Of a DNA stretch of 64,000 bases, positions 54,914 to 64,000 are shown one piece after another. Source of the stretch: Candidatus Micrarchaeota archaeon (lineage in GTDB: Archaea > Micrarchaeota > Micrarchaeia > Anstonellales > Bilamarchaeaceae); NCBI GenBank assembly GCA_040753215.1, contig JBFMEZ010000025.1, positions 87,905-151,904 of the forward strand. The letters are read 5' to 3'. How positions within the stretch are numbered: position 1 is the first letter of the stretch; each line of letters opens with the position of its first letter. The notes below the pieces were generated by a model. The model did not search any database, was not told the origin of the DNA, and saw only the letters and a list, made by a program, of their open reading frames with translations. A program made the position numbers and the translations under genes.

Positions 54914-55714
54914 CTACACACCTTCTTCCTTCCTGCATTTGTTTTTTATTAGTTCCACCAGCGTCCTGGTGTTCTCCTCCCAGTTCTTTGGCCTATTTTC
55001 CACCAATATATACGGATTTGTAAGCTTTTCCATCTTTTTTGGATGGAATGCATTAAGCCTTTCGACCACTTTTTGGATAAATTCCTCACCGCCCATTTCC
55101 CTCTCAGTTTTTGCTATCCATTCTATGCTCCTGCGCATTCCCTTTACAAGCGCCATTGCATGGTACACATCGTACACATCCTTCCCCTCCACCCTCTCCA
55201 GCATCGCATTCATCTTCTGCGCCACAAGGTCCTCAAGCGGATAGGTCACTAACCCCCCGACCATAGCGCCGCAAACAACAGAGCTCGCGGTTTCTATTGT
55301 GGTCCTGTATTCCTTCTTAGGGTCCTTTAGGTTGAACTCCAGCCGCACATTGTCCTTCTGCCCCCACGGCGTGCTGTAATACATCTCAGTTCTTATGGTA
55401 TTCCCGAGCCTGAACGTCCTGCCCGCTTCATATCCCTCGATTCCCTCCACAAGCCCTTCCAGGCGCCCGATCCTCTCCGCATCTCCCGCATCTTCATAAT
55501 CGTTGAAATCCAGGTCTTCCGAGAACCTCTGCTTTTGCCCCAGGTATATCTTGTTGAGCGCGGTCCCGCCCTTGAATACGCACGGATAATTCCCTTTCGA
55601 AATCCTGCCCCCTATCTGCCCAAGAATCCTAAACACATGAAACTCCTTCACCACAAAATTGAGCGGCAGCCCAACCCTTCCGGAAATAGCCACATACATC
55701 TCCTTCTCATCCAT
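54914..55714 (-). CDS. AbiEii-family nucleotidyltransferase toxin (type IV TA)
   Basis: FKGGTAL.K, RFSEDLDF, K..A...R...KD.YD. Confidence 0.9.
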   Translation of the reverse strand: MDEKEMYVAISGRVGLPLNFVVKEFHVFRILGQIGGRISKGNYPCVFKGGTALNKIYLGQKQRFSEDLDFNDYEDAGDAERIGRLEGLVEGIEGYEAGRTFRLGNTIRTEMYYSTPWGQKDNVRLEFNLKDPKKEYRTTIETASSVVCGAMVGGLVTYPLEDLVAQKMNAMLERVEGKDVYDVYHAMALVKGMRRSIEWIAKTEREMGGEEFIQKVVERLNAFHPKKMEKLTNPYILVENRPKNWEENTRTLVELIKNKCRKEEGV

Positions 55715-56502
55715 CAGTACCACCATCCGAACAGCTCTTCCTCCCTGAAACCGTCGCTCACCTTCCACTTCGCATTGTACTTCCCCCTTTCCTCCCCAAT
55801 CCTCACCGTGGATTTCACCTTCTTGTGCAGGCGCTCCAGCACAAACTCCGGAACCGCAATCCCAGTGTAATCCCTCATCCTCTCAAGCAGATACCCTATC
55901 TTCTGGCAGAATGCAGCCGAGCCGAACCTCTCCGCATACCCAAGGAATTCCTCCCACCCCTCCGCATCCATCTCCGCAAGGCTTATCGCCTTCAGTATTT
56001 TCGGGTAGCCGCCGCCGTATTCCGGGATGTGCAGGCAGTCATATATCGTTTTTGGGATGGTCGAGATGAAAATCCCGTTATATTCCGTCGTTCCCACCGC
56101 CCTCTTCCCCATCGCCACCGCCTTTATTTCATATTGCCCGAGTTCCCTTCTGCCGGACTTATTGACCGTAACCACATAAACCGTAAACGGCACTTCGTCC
56201 ATCAGCCCATAGATGTTGAGGGCAGTAGCGAACCCTATATAACCGCCGAAAATCTCAGACCCTGCTTCGAATACGTCTCCCACCATTCCCCTCGCCCCCA
56301 GAGGCTGGAAGGCATACACCCCTTTCTTGAGCCGCATGAGGAGGCCCTTCCTTACCATCTTTGACAGCACAACCTTCAGCACGCTTTTCTTTGCCAGCCC
56401 CCACGAATCGATTATATCCATTGTTATGATTCCCTTTCTTGCCTTGCTCGCGAACGAGTAGATTTTTGCCTCAAGTCCAGTCAATTCACTTGTTTTTGGC
56501 AT
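55714..56502 (-). CDS. AbiEi-family antitoxin
   Basis: wHTH, RLKKGVY, YIGFATAL..YGL, KTIYDC. Confidence 0.85.
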   Translation of the reverse strand: MPKTSELTGLEAKIYSFASKARKGIITMDIIDSWGLAKKSVLKVVLSKMVRKGLLMRLKKGVYAFQPLGARGMVGDVFEAGSEIFGGYIGFATALNIYGLMDEVPFTVYVVTVNKSGRRELGQYEIKAVAMGKRAVGTTEYNGIFISTIPKTIYDCLHIPEYGGGYPKILKAISLAEMDAEGWEEFLGYAERFGSAAFCQKIGYLLERMRDYTGIAVPEFVLERLHKKVKSTVRIGEERGKYNAKWKVSDGFREEELFGWWY

Positions 56503-56506
56503 AGTT

Positions 56507-56590
56507 TAGTTAATAAATCATTAACTATATAAATCTAATGTTAAGGGATTTCTTACCTTTGCATATATTTAGTTAACAAATTATTAACTA
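56507..56590. promoter_or_regulatory. Two palindromic operators TAGTTAA-N7-TTAACTA upstream of abiEi
   Basis: Copies at 56507-56527 and 56570-56590, each next to a TATA-like sequence. Confidence 0.7.
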
Positions 56591-56700
56591 TTATATATTG
56601 ATTTTAAGAAATAGTTGCAAACAACCAGCAAAACTTAACACCATGGTAATAATCCATGCCAAACACAACCAGTTCTATGAATGTAGCCCTGCAAACTTTT

Positions 56701-57138
56701 TTATACGGTTTCCATGAGTGCCTTCATCCTTTCTGCAAACTCCTTAGCCGCCACAAGAGCGCCCTTCGCATCCTTTTCCGTCGCCACAAAACTCGCCGCA
56801 TACTGGTCCTCGTGCCTCATCTCCCGGTAGAAATCCAGAAGTTCCACCCATTTCTTCTCCAGCACCCCCTTCTTCGCATAAAAATCCTCAAGGTACCTCG
56901 CGACGCAGAAATGGCTCCTCTCCCTCACCCCGTTCCGGATAAGAATCGCCCTGCCCGCATGGAACATCGCATTGTATGCGGATATGATTGCGGACTTGTA
57001 AGCCTCCGCCCCAATATTCTTCCCTGCCTCTCCCAGCCATTCCTTTGCGGCCCTCAATTCCTCCTCCGCATCCGCCAGAGCCTGAGGAATCCTCCTCAGC
57101 AACCCTCCTTTGAAACACTCCTCACTTGTAAAGCTCAT
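56701..57138 (-). CDS. HEPN domain protein
   Basis: AYNAMFHAGRA, RSH, RHEDQY; coupled to the MNT gene. Confidence 0.85.
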   Translation of the reverse strand: MSFTSEECFKGGLLRRIPQALADAEEELRAAKEWLGEAGKNIGAEAYKSAIISAYNAMFHAGRAILIRNGVRERSHFCVARYLEDFYAKKGVLEKKWVELLDFYREMRHEDQYAASFVATEKDAKGALVAAKEFAERMKALMETV

Positions 57139-57664
57139 CCACACCACCGTAGAGCATAATCGAGCCGAAAGCAAGGGAATTATAGAATAGAGGGTTCTTC
57201 TCCCTTATGCTCCTGATTTTTTCCCCATCCAGGAACAGCACCTTTGCCCTCGGGAATGCATCCGCAATCCTCCTCCGCATGGACGCAAGCTCGTCAGTCT
57301 TCGCCCTCTCCACCCTCACCCAGATGTCCACATCCGATTCCGATGTATTCGCCCCCTTTGCCCAGCTCCCGTATAGCCCTGCCGCCTTTACGAACGGATA
57401 GGAGAACAGCCCCGGCTCAAACGCAGACACATTGAAAAGGAGCCGAACCGCAACCGCCTGCGGCGTTTGCAGGGGGACAAATGCCAGCCCCTTCCGCCCC
57501 ATTATTTTCTCCTTAACCATCAGCCCAAGCAGCCCGGAAACAGCGGATTTGCTTATTCCCGTTTTTTTTGCAATCCCGCTGACAGTCACCGGCTCTGGAG
57601 AGAAGACAGTTTCCTTCACTATCTCCACGCGCTCTTTTGTGGAGAGAAGCAAATTTGTTCGCAT
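57122..57664 (-). CDS. HTH-fused minimal nucleotidyltransferase (MNT)
   Basis: LYGSWAKG....SDVDIW. Confidence 0.87.
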   Translation of the reverse strand: MRTNLLLSTKERVEIVKETVFSPEPVTVSGIAKKTGISKSAVSGLLGLMVKEKIMGRKGLAFVPLQTPQAVAVRLLFNVSAFEPGLFSYPFVKAAGLYGSWAKGANTSESDVDIWVRVERAKTDELASMRRRIADAFPRAKVLFLDGEKIRSIREKNPLFYNSLAFGSIMLYGGVDELYK

Positions 57665-57815
57665 AGTAAGAACATATTGTTCTCATATTAAAAACTTATC
57701 GTTCTCAATTCAAGAACTTCACGGCCCGGCCCAAAGACATTTGGCTTTCTTTAGCCAGGAAAGTAAATGTAAACAATCGTGAACTTTACATTTTTACATT
57801 TGTTACATTCGGCCG

Positions 57816-58715
57816 CTAAGAATACAGCTTCACCAATCTCCCAATCCCCTCTTCCAGCGAAACCTTCGCCTCAAACCCTATTCTCTCCTTCGCTTTCCGG
57901 GTATCCGCCTGCGTAAATTCCACATAATTCTTGATTGGGTTCTCCACATACTTCGGCCTTATGTCCTTCCCCAGCGCCTTGTTCAGCATTCCAACCATCT
58001 CATTCAGCGTATATGTCTTCCCCGTTCCTACATTCAGCGCCTCAAACCCCTTTATCTTCTGTGCCGCCAGCAAATTCGCCCTGACCACATCATCCACATA
58101 AGTCAAATCCCGCGTCTGGCTCCCGTCCCCGTAAATAACCGGCGCCTCATCCTTCTGCATCGCCCACAGGAACTGCGAAACCAGGTTCGCATACTGCTTC
58201 TTCGCCCTCTCCCCCGGCCCATAAACGCTGAAATACCTCATCCCCGCAATCCCCATCGCATACAGTTTGGAATACAGGAGAGAAATCCTCTCCATATACA
58301 ACCTTGTTTCCGAATACAAATCCTGCGGAAGAATCTCCGCATCCTCCCTTTGCGGCGGCTCCACGCCATTATATACAGAGGAGGTGGAAGCAAAAATGAG
58401 CGGGCAATCATTCTTCCTGCAGAAATCCAATATTTTGAGGAAATCGTCCAGCGCCTTAGCCAGTCTCGTCGGGTCCTCCTTATACATGGGCGCAGATGAA
58501 TAAATCCCATCATGGAAAACCGCATCCATCTTCGGAAGCTCCATCTCCGCCACCTTCCCTGCAACCCCTTCAATTACAGCCGCCCCCTCCGGCTTGTTCT
58601 CATACGAGCCCGTATGCAGGTTGTCTATTATCCAGACCTTATTCCCGTCCGCAATCAGTTTCTTCGCAATGTTGGAGCCAATGAATCCCAATCCGCCCGT
58701 CACAAGGTAGTTCAT
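57816..58715 (-). CDS. NAD-dependent epimerase/dehydratase
   Basis: VTGGLGFIGS, RYFSVYGP, GDGSQTRD. Confidence 0.92.
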   Translation of the reverse strand: MNYLVTGGLGFIGSNIAKKLIADGNKVWIIDNLHTGSYENKPEGAAVIEGVAGKVAEMELPKMDAVFHDGIYSSAPMYKEDPTRLAKALDDFLKILDFCRKNDCPLIFASTSSVYNGVEPPQREDAEILPQDLYSETRLYMERISLLYSKLYAMGIAGMRYFSVYGPGERAKKQYANLVSQFLWAMQKDEAPVIYGDGSQTRDLTYVDDVVRANLLAAQKIKGFEALNVGTGKTYTLNEMVGMLNKALGKDIRPKYVENPIKNYVEFTQADTRKAKERIGFEAKVSLEEGIGRLVKLYS

Positions 58716-58716
58716 C

Positions 58717-60528
58717 CTAATCCACCCTTTCGTAAACCTGGAATATCGCATACCCTTCTGAATATATGGTTTTCACCAGCCCGAAGTGCTCCATCAGCTG
58801 CGGGCTTATCGGCCCCCCCTCCTGCATCGGGTAGGGAAGCGCCACCAGCATATCGTAAAGCGGGACATTGTCGCGCGGCGCAGGGTCCATGCTCATGGTG
58901 ACCTCCAGATACCGCACCCCGTTTGCGTCCCAGTATGCCTTGTTCGTATAATTGTCCGGCACAGAAAGCGGGTCGAAGAAGCCCACCAGCTGCCCCTCAG
59001 GCGAAATCTGGAACTCGTTCCTTATCCAGTTATAGGTGACCAGAAGGTATTTCACATCGTATTTCCCCAGCAGTTCCGAGGTCTCCTGCGCATTATTCCC
59101 GTAAACCATCACCGCCTGGTCAGCCATCCGCGCATGCATGTCCGTATACGGGCTGGAGTGCGCCCTCCGGTACGATACAACCTTCCTCCCAGTAAGCGCA
59201 TTCATCATGAACCCATCCTCATTGGTCGTAAGGAACACATCGTTCACGTCCGTGTTCCCCTTTATCCAGCCCTCAAGCTCCGCATAGGGCCCGGGCAGCG
59301 GCTCCCTCCCGACCAGGGTCCACCTGTCCGAACCCCTGGCCTCAAGCCCCTGTGCGACGTAGAACAGCGCCAGCAGTATGCACACTGCCGCTATCCCCGC
59401 CTTCGCATTGCTGCCCTTCACCCTTTCCATCGCATTGATTACGCCTATGCCAACAAGGATGACCGCAGTAAGCAGGGATATCCTCTCAAGCATCAGCGAG
59501 CTCATGAACTGGGCATGTATCAGCGGGACGGTCAGTATGGGGTGCAGCACGCTTGCAAGGAACGTTGCGACAAGTATCACCGCGAATGCGTATTTCCCGG
59601 GATTTCTCGCCATGAAATAGAGCCCCGCAAGATTAAGCAGCGAAAATGCAATCCCGATGCCGTTCAGCCCGAAAGGCAGCAGCAGCGAAACGACCAGGTT
59701 GTACGTTATTCCGGCAAAAACCTGGGGCTGCGTCACATCAGGGTAGGTGATGTTCTGTATGTCATTCGGGGTCTGCCCGCGGAATTCGAATATGGGCCCG
59801 AACCAGAAGGGCATCGCCACAATGAAGCCGACCGCAAAAATCAATGCCAGCCTGCAGATGAGCCCCGAGTTTTCCTTTAAAACCCGTGCATTGAGCCCCC
59901 CCTCCCTCACCTTCGGGTAAAGCCACCATACCGCCGCGAACCCAAGAATAAGGTTTGCCACAAAGAAAGCCTGGGTATTCGTCAGCGAGGCGAGCCCCAT
60001 CGCCGCCCCTGCGACGACCGCAGAGAAATCGTCCTGCTTTTTGCTGAACAAATAGAGCGCGAGCAGCATCCCGGGCACGAACACCGCGGTCGCAAGGTCC
60101 CCGTATTTGAATACCGGGAACTGCGAGGAGAAAAGCACAGCCGCAACCAGCGCGGCCCACTTGTCCCCCAGGATTTTAGTGCCAAGCGCATATACGATGG
60201 CCAGCGAAAACAGCTGTATGACCAGCGAGAAATAGAGCAGCCCCTGCATCGCATCCAGCCCGCTCAATCCGGAGAACAGTGCAACCGAAAGGTGGTAAAG
60301 CCACGGGACCCAGGGGTGCTCGCCGGCCATCTGCGCGCTTTCAAGGAAGCTCCCGCCTTCCATTATGTGGTTTACCCCTCCCAGCCCGTTGTAAAGGTCC
60401 CCCCCGTAAATCGGGCTGGGTATCTGCTTCAGCTGGGAAATGAAACCGAAGTTCCAGGCAAGGCTCACGATTAGGAAAATGGCAAAAGCGATGTCCGCTG
60501 TTTCCAGCTCCTTCCCCAGAATCCTCAT
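58717..60528 (-). CDS. Multi-TM membrane protein, probable GT-C type glycosyltransferase
   Basis: Many TM helices, an early GGD loop, WIK.NT; glycosylation cluster context. Confidence 0.6.
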   Translation of the reverse strand: MRILGKELETADIAFAIFLIVSLAWNFGFISQLKQIPSPIYGGDLYNGLGGVNHIMEGGSFLESAQMAGEHPWVPWLYHLSVALFSGLSGLDAMQGLLYFSLVIQLFSLAIVYALGTKILGDKWAALVAAVLFSSQFPVFKYGDLATAVFVPGMLLALYLFSKKQDDFSAVVAGAAMGLASLTNTQAFFVANLILGFAAVWWLYPKVREGGLNARVLKENSGLICRLALIFAVGFIVAMPFWFGPIFEFRGQTPNDIQNITYPDVTQPQVFAGITYNLVVSLLLPFGLNGIGIAFSLLNLAGLYFMARNPGKYAFAVILVATFLASVLHPILTVPLIHAQFMSSLMLERISLLTAVILVGIGVINAMERVKGSNAKAGIAAVCILLALFYVAQGLEARGSDRWTLVGREPLPGPYAELEGWIKGNTDVNDVFLTTNEDGFMMNALTGRKVVSYRRAHSSPYTDMHARMADQAVMVYGNNAQETSELLGKYDVKYLLVTYNWIRNEFQISPEGQLVGFFDPLSVPDNYTNKAYWDANGVRYLEVTMSMDPAPRDNVPLYDMLVALPYPMQEGGPISPQLMEHFGLVKTIYSEGYAIFQVYERVD

Positions 60529-61493
60529 CCTTCCCCCCTGTTCGCCTTTATCCACTCAAAAGTCTTCACAAGCCCCTCCTCCATCTCCACCCTGGCCCTC
60601 CACCCGAGCGCCTCTATCTTCTTCGTGCTCGGCACCCTCTTCTTCACATCGTCCCTGAACACGGGCAGGTGCTTGGTTTTCAGGGGCCTCCCATCCCCGC
60701 ACATCTTCCAGATTTTCTGCGCCAGCTCCATCACCGTGTACGCATGCGGGTTGGCCACATTAAAGTCATTATTATCCGTCCTGGAATCGAACGCAAGCGT
60801 CCCGATCGCATCGGCCAGGTCCTCCACGTATGTGTATGCCCTCACCTGGCTCCCGTCCCCCAATAATTCCAGCGGGTATTGCTTATCAAAATGCACCTTC
60901 TTTATGAGGTCCGGAATCACATGCGCAATCCCCACCTCCTGCTCCGGCACCTCCCCCGGCCCGTACGCATTGAACGGCCTGAAGATGGTGTATTTCATCC
61001 CATACTGCTCCCTGAATGCTGTGCAATAGTATTCTCCGATAAGTTTCGAAAACCCGTAGTGCGTAATCGGCGGCAGAGAAGTAAATATATCTTCTTCTTT
61101 GGATGGAAAGCTGCTCGTCCTCTCAAAAACCATTGAAGATGAAAGGTAAATCATCTTCCTGAATGCCTTAGATTTCCTCGCCGAATCCAATAAATTTGAG
61201 AACATGAGCGTATTGTCCCGAATAATCTCCGCAGGATACTTGTGGAAATACCCAATCCCCCCTATCTTCGCCGCAAAGTGGAAGCAGTACTCAAAATCCT
61301 CCAGCAAATCCCTCGTTGCCTCCGAGTCGCACAAATCAATCCTTGCCAGTTCCACCTTATCCAAGTCTATATTCTTTACCTGCCCTTTGCTGAGATTATC
61401 CGCAACCGTTACCTCATGCCCATCCCTCACAAGCTTCTCTACAACCCTGCTCCCTATGAACCCCGCCCCTCCCGTAACCAGAACCTTCGCCAT
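60525..61493 (-). CDS. NAD-dependent epimerase/dehydratase
   Basis: VTGGAGFIGS, AAKIGGI, YGFSK, RPFNAYGP. Confidence 0.92.
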   Translation of the reverse strand: MAKVLVTGGAGFIGSRVVEKLVRDGHEVTVADNLSKGQVKNIDLDKVELARIDLCDSEATRDLLEDFEYCFHFAAKIGGIGYFHKYPAEIIRDNTLMFSNLLDSARKSKAFRKMIYLSSSMVFERTSSFPSKEEDIFTSLPPITHYGFSKLIGEYYCTAFREQYGMKYTIFRPFNAYGPGEVPEQEVGIAHVIPDLIKKVHFDKQYPLELLGDGSQVRAYTYVEDLADAIGTLAFDSRTDNNDFNVANPHAYTVMELAQKIWKMCGDGRPLKTKHLPVFRDDVKKRVPSTKKIEALGWRARVEMEEGLVKTFEWIKANRGEG

Positions 61494-61494
61494 C

Positions 61495-62700
61495 CTAACA
61501 CCTGAAAATCACAGAATCCTTCCCGAACACATTCCACACGTCTATGATTACGCACCCCGGCTTCACGTATTTCTTATAATACTCAAGCGGCTTCCTGTAC
61601 TGGTTGTGCGGCGTCGCCAACACAAGGAATTCCGCACCCCTTATCGCCTCCTCAAAATTCTCCCCGTCCCTGAACACATCGTGCGTAACCACGTCCGCCG
61701 ATTCCCTCTTCAATATCTTCTTTATCTTATGCGAAAGCGAAAGCCTGTCATCGTCCGAATTCGCCTTGAACGCCATCCCCAGCACCACGCTCTTCGCCCC
61801 TTTCAGCGGCTTCATCCTCTTCGCCTTGTTTATAAGGTATCCCGGAAGGTTCTCATTCGTCTTCCAGGCTGTTGAAATCAAATCCGAGAATGGAATAGTG
61901 CTCGTAAGGAAGAACCCGTCCTTGAACAGGCACGGCCCGGCAGTGAACCCGGGTATCTTCGGCCCCCCTCTCGGGTAATTCTTATTAGATAGGTCCACTA
62001 TCTCATGTATGTTCGCATCCCATTCCTCCGCAATCACAAGGAACTCGTTCCCGACCGCGAAATTTATGTAGCGGTACATATTCGTAAACAATTTGAGCAA
62101 TTCCGCATTTATCGCACTAGTCCTGTACACTTCCTTTCCGATGCTTTTGAAGAGCTCTTCCACCTTCCTCCCGCTCGCCTCATCCAGCGAGCCCACTATC
62201 TCCGGAAGCGTCTCCAGCTCCTCCATCGCCTTCCCCTCCGCAATCCTCTCCGGGCAGAAGGCAAGGTAGAAGTCCTTCCCCACCTTGAACCCGGTCTTCT
62301 CTTCAATAAAGCTCTTCAGGTACTCCGTGCTCCCGGGGGAAACCGTGCTCCTCAGTATGAGCGTCTGCCCCTTCCTGAAATGCTGCTTGAGCGAACCCAG
62401 CGCACCCTCCAGCTGCGAGAAGTCCGGGTTCATGTGCTCGTCCACCGGCGTCCCGATTGTGAGCACGATGTAATCCGCGTCCGCTATCTTTGAAAAATCC
62501 ATCGTCGCCTTGAAGCTCTTCCCATTCACCCTTGCCAGAACTTCCTCCGCGCCCTTCTCCCTAAAGGGCATCCTTCCCTCCCTCAGCATATTCACTTTCT
62601 TCGCGTCCACGTCCACCCCGTATGTGAATATCCCCTTTGACGCGAAGAAAAGCGCGAGCGGAAGCCCCACCCTGCCTATCCCGACAACAGAAATCTTCAT
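61495..62700 (-). CDS. Nucleotide-sugar dehydrogenase (WecC/UDP-glucose dehydrogenase family)
   Basis: VVGIGRVGLP, RSTVSPG, PERI.EG, GPCL.KD, GMAFK. Confidence 0.92.
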   Translation of the reverse strand: MKISVVGIGRVGLPLALFFASKGIFTYGVDVDAKKVNMLREGRMPFREKGAEEVLARVNGKSFKATMDFSKIADADYIVLTIGTPVDEHMNPDFSQLEGALGSLKQHFRKGQTLILRSTVSPGSTEYLKSFIEEKTGFKVGKDFYLAFCPERIAEGKAMEELETLPEIVGSLDEASGRKVEELFKSIGKEVYRTSAINAELLKLFTNMYRYINFAVGNEFLVIAEEWDANIHEIVDLSNKNYPRGGPKIPGFTAGPCLFKDGFFLTSTIPFSDLISTAWKTNENLPGYLINKAKRMKPLKGAKSVVLGMAFKANSDDDRLSLSHKIKKILKRESADVVTHDVFRDGENFEEAIRGAEFLVLATPHNQYRKPLEYYKKYVKPGCVIIDVWNVFGKDSVIFRC

Positions 62701-62719
62701 CCAACAACCCTTGGCTTGT

Positions 62720-63493
62720 TCACCCACCCAGATAAGCCAACCTGAACATCTTAAGAAATAGCACAAAATAACTAATAAATGTATTCCCCAGTTTGAATTT
62801 CGCCTCGCCCGCGCTCCTGTCCTCCCAGCTTGCCGGGATTTCGCATATCCTAGCGCCCTTCAGCTTCATCCTTATCAGAATCTCTGCACTTACCTGGAAT
62901 CCCCTAGATTCAATCGGTTTCCCGTCCCCCGTTTCCCCCTCCAGCTTACGCACAATCTCAGTCCTGAAGCACTTGTATGCATTGGAAGCATCCCCGGTCC
63001 CGAGGTTGAACGCAATCCCGACCGTCCAGTTGAACAACCTATTTGAGACCATCTTGAGGAAAGGATACCTCTTAATCTCAGACCCTTTCATAAAACGGGA
63101 GCAGACCACGGCATCGCAACCCGGTTTCCAGTTTCCGGTTCCGGGTTTCCCGGACCCATCCATCATCTCCTTTATTTTAGGAAGCAGCGCCGGGTCGTCC
63201 GAAAGGTCCGCCATCATTATTACTGAGTATTTCCCCTTCGCCATCCTTATCCCGTCCATTATGGAATACCCGAATCCATAGGGCTCCTTCCTGTTCACCA
63301 GTCTGATTCGCGGATTCTTCTGCGCTGCCTTCCCGGCAATCTCCTTCGTCCCATCCTTGCTATTGTCATCCATAACAAGAATCTCGTATCCAATCCAGGC
63401 CTTCTCGCACTCAGCAGCTATTTTCTGCAGCGTCTTCTCTACGCACTCCGCCTCGTTCCTCGTGGGGACAATAACACTCATCTCGGTTTCCAT
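62720..63493 (-). CDS. GT2 glycosyltransferase (Dpm1-like)
   Basis: VIVPTRNE, DDNSKDGT, MADLSDD, SRF. Confidence 0.9.
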   Translation of the reverse strand: METEMSVIVPTRNEAECVEKTLQKIAAECEKAWIGYEILVMDDNSKDGTKEIAGKAAQKNPRIRLVNRKEPYGFGYSIMDGIRMAKGKYSVIMMADLSDDPALLPKIKEMMDGSGKPGTGNWKPGCDAVVCSRFMKGSEIKRYPFLKMVSNRLFNWTVGIAFNLGTGDASNAYKCFRTEIVRKLEGETGDGKPIESRGFQVSAEILIRMKLKGARICEIPASWEDRSAGEAKFKLGNTFISYFVLFLKMFRLAYLGG

Positions 63494-63587
63494 GCATCTT
63501 CCCCGACCGGCGTCTTAGGGTTACTATGCTCATGTTTTTATTAATAGAAGCCGGTAATAATAATGCAGACTACACGGTGAGAATGTA

Positions 63588-64000
63588 ATGAGAGTGGCGA
63601 TCCTGCAGGCCAGGATGACATCTTCCCGGCTTCCCGGAAAGGTGCTCAAGGAAATCTCCGGCAAGCCCATGCTGTGGCACGTCCTGCAGAGGCTGAAGAA
63701 ATGCAAAAGAATAGACAGGATAGTGGTAGCCACAACAGAAAACAAGACTGACGACGATGTGGAGAAGCTCGCCTCAAAATCCGGCGTTTATTGTTTCCGC
63801 GGCAGCGAGGAGGACGTGCTAGGGAGATACGCTGGCGCGGTTGGGAAGTTCGGAGGCGACATAATAGTGCGGGTTACCGCGGACTGCCCCCTCCTGGATG
63901 CGGAAATTGTCGACCATGTGATAGGAGAATATGAAAAAGGAGGCTATGGCTATGTTTCCAATGTGCATCCGCCTACCTTCCCGGATGGCCTGGATGTGGA
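63588..64000 (+). CDS. SpsF-like cytidylyltransferase-fold protein, 3'-truncated by the window edge
   Basis: Hand translation MRVAILQARMTSSRLPGKVL...VVATT...FRGSEEDVL.RY...RVTADCP. Confidence 0.85.
   Translation, partial: MRVAILQARMTSSRLPGKVLKEISGKPMLWHVLQRLKKCKRIDRIVVATTENKTDDDVEKLASKSGVYCFRGSEEDVLGRYAGAVGKFGGDIIVRVTADCPLLDAEIVDHVIGEYEKGGYGYVSNVHPPTFPDGLDV

Noticed and set aside
4897..54938. Long N-terminal extensions of secD, cdd, glnA, L31e, the tRNA-binding protein and alaS in the ORF track
   Set aside because: The extensions run through repeats, tRNAs or neighbouring genes; downstream starts match the family N-termini.
10228..59880. Long antisense ORFs (e.g. 10228..11328, 42620..43783, 48784..50118, 58786..59880)
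   Set aside because: They lie opposite well-supported genes and are explained by strong purine/pyrimidine codon bias.
1..64000. CRISPR array or cas genes
   Set aside because: No regularly spaced identical repeats with unique spacers; the repeats found are dispersed.

Overview
Archaeal chromosome segment. The gene set (RadA, FEN1, GINS, eIF2a, eIF6, L31e/L39e/L44e/LX/S19e/S27e, Nop10, prefoldin, archaeal ThrRS) points to a DPANN-type organism, possibly Micrarchaeota (inference). It holds translation, replication and secretion genes, four tRNAs (one with a 136-nt intron), an intein-containing radA, several toxin-antitoxin pairs and the start of a glycosylation cluster. The most striking signal is non-coding. 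A family of ~70-240 bp structured elements sits right after the 3' ends of core genes and tRNAs, and each is followed by a second copy of that gene's 3' end (secF, GINS, FEN1, LX, L39e, the gene upstream of pheS, tRNA-Gly, tRNA-Thr). In FEN1 and GINS this second copy is strongly synonymously recoded. The same elements abut nucleotide +1 of three tRNAs. No integrase or transposase is present in the window. Other features: heptamer repeats and a four-hairpin module that invade proteins in frame and a tRNA intron, two IS200/IS605-like MITEs, an orphan DGR-like variable region with a GGA-loop hairpin, a sigma-70-like gene and a queuosine-salvage gene. All protein calls come from motif recognition by eye, not database searches.
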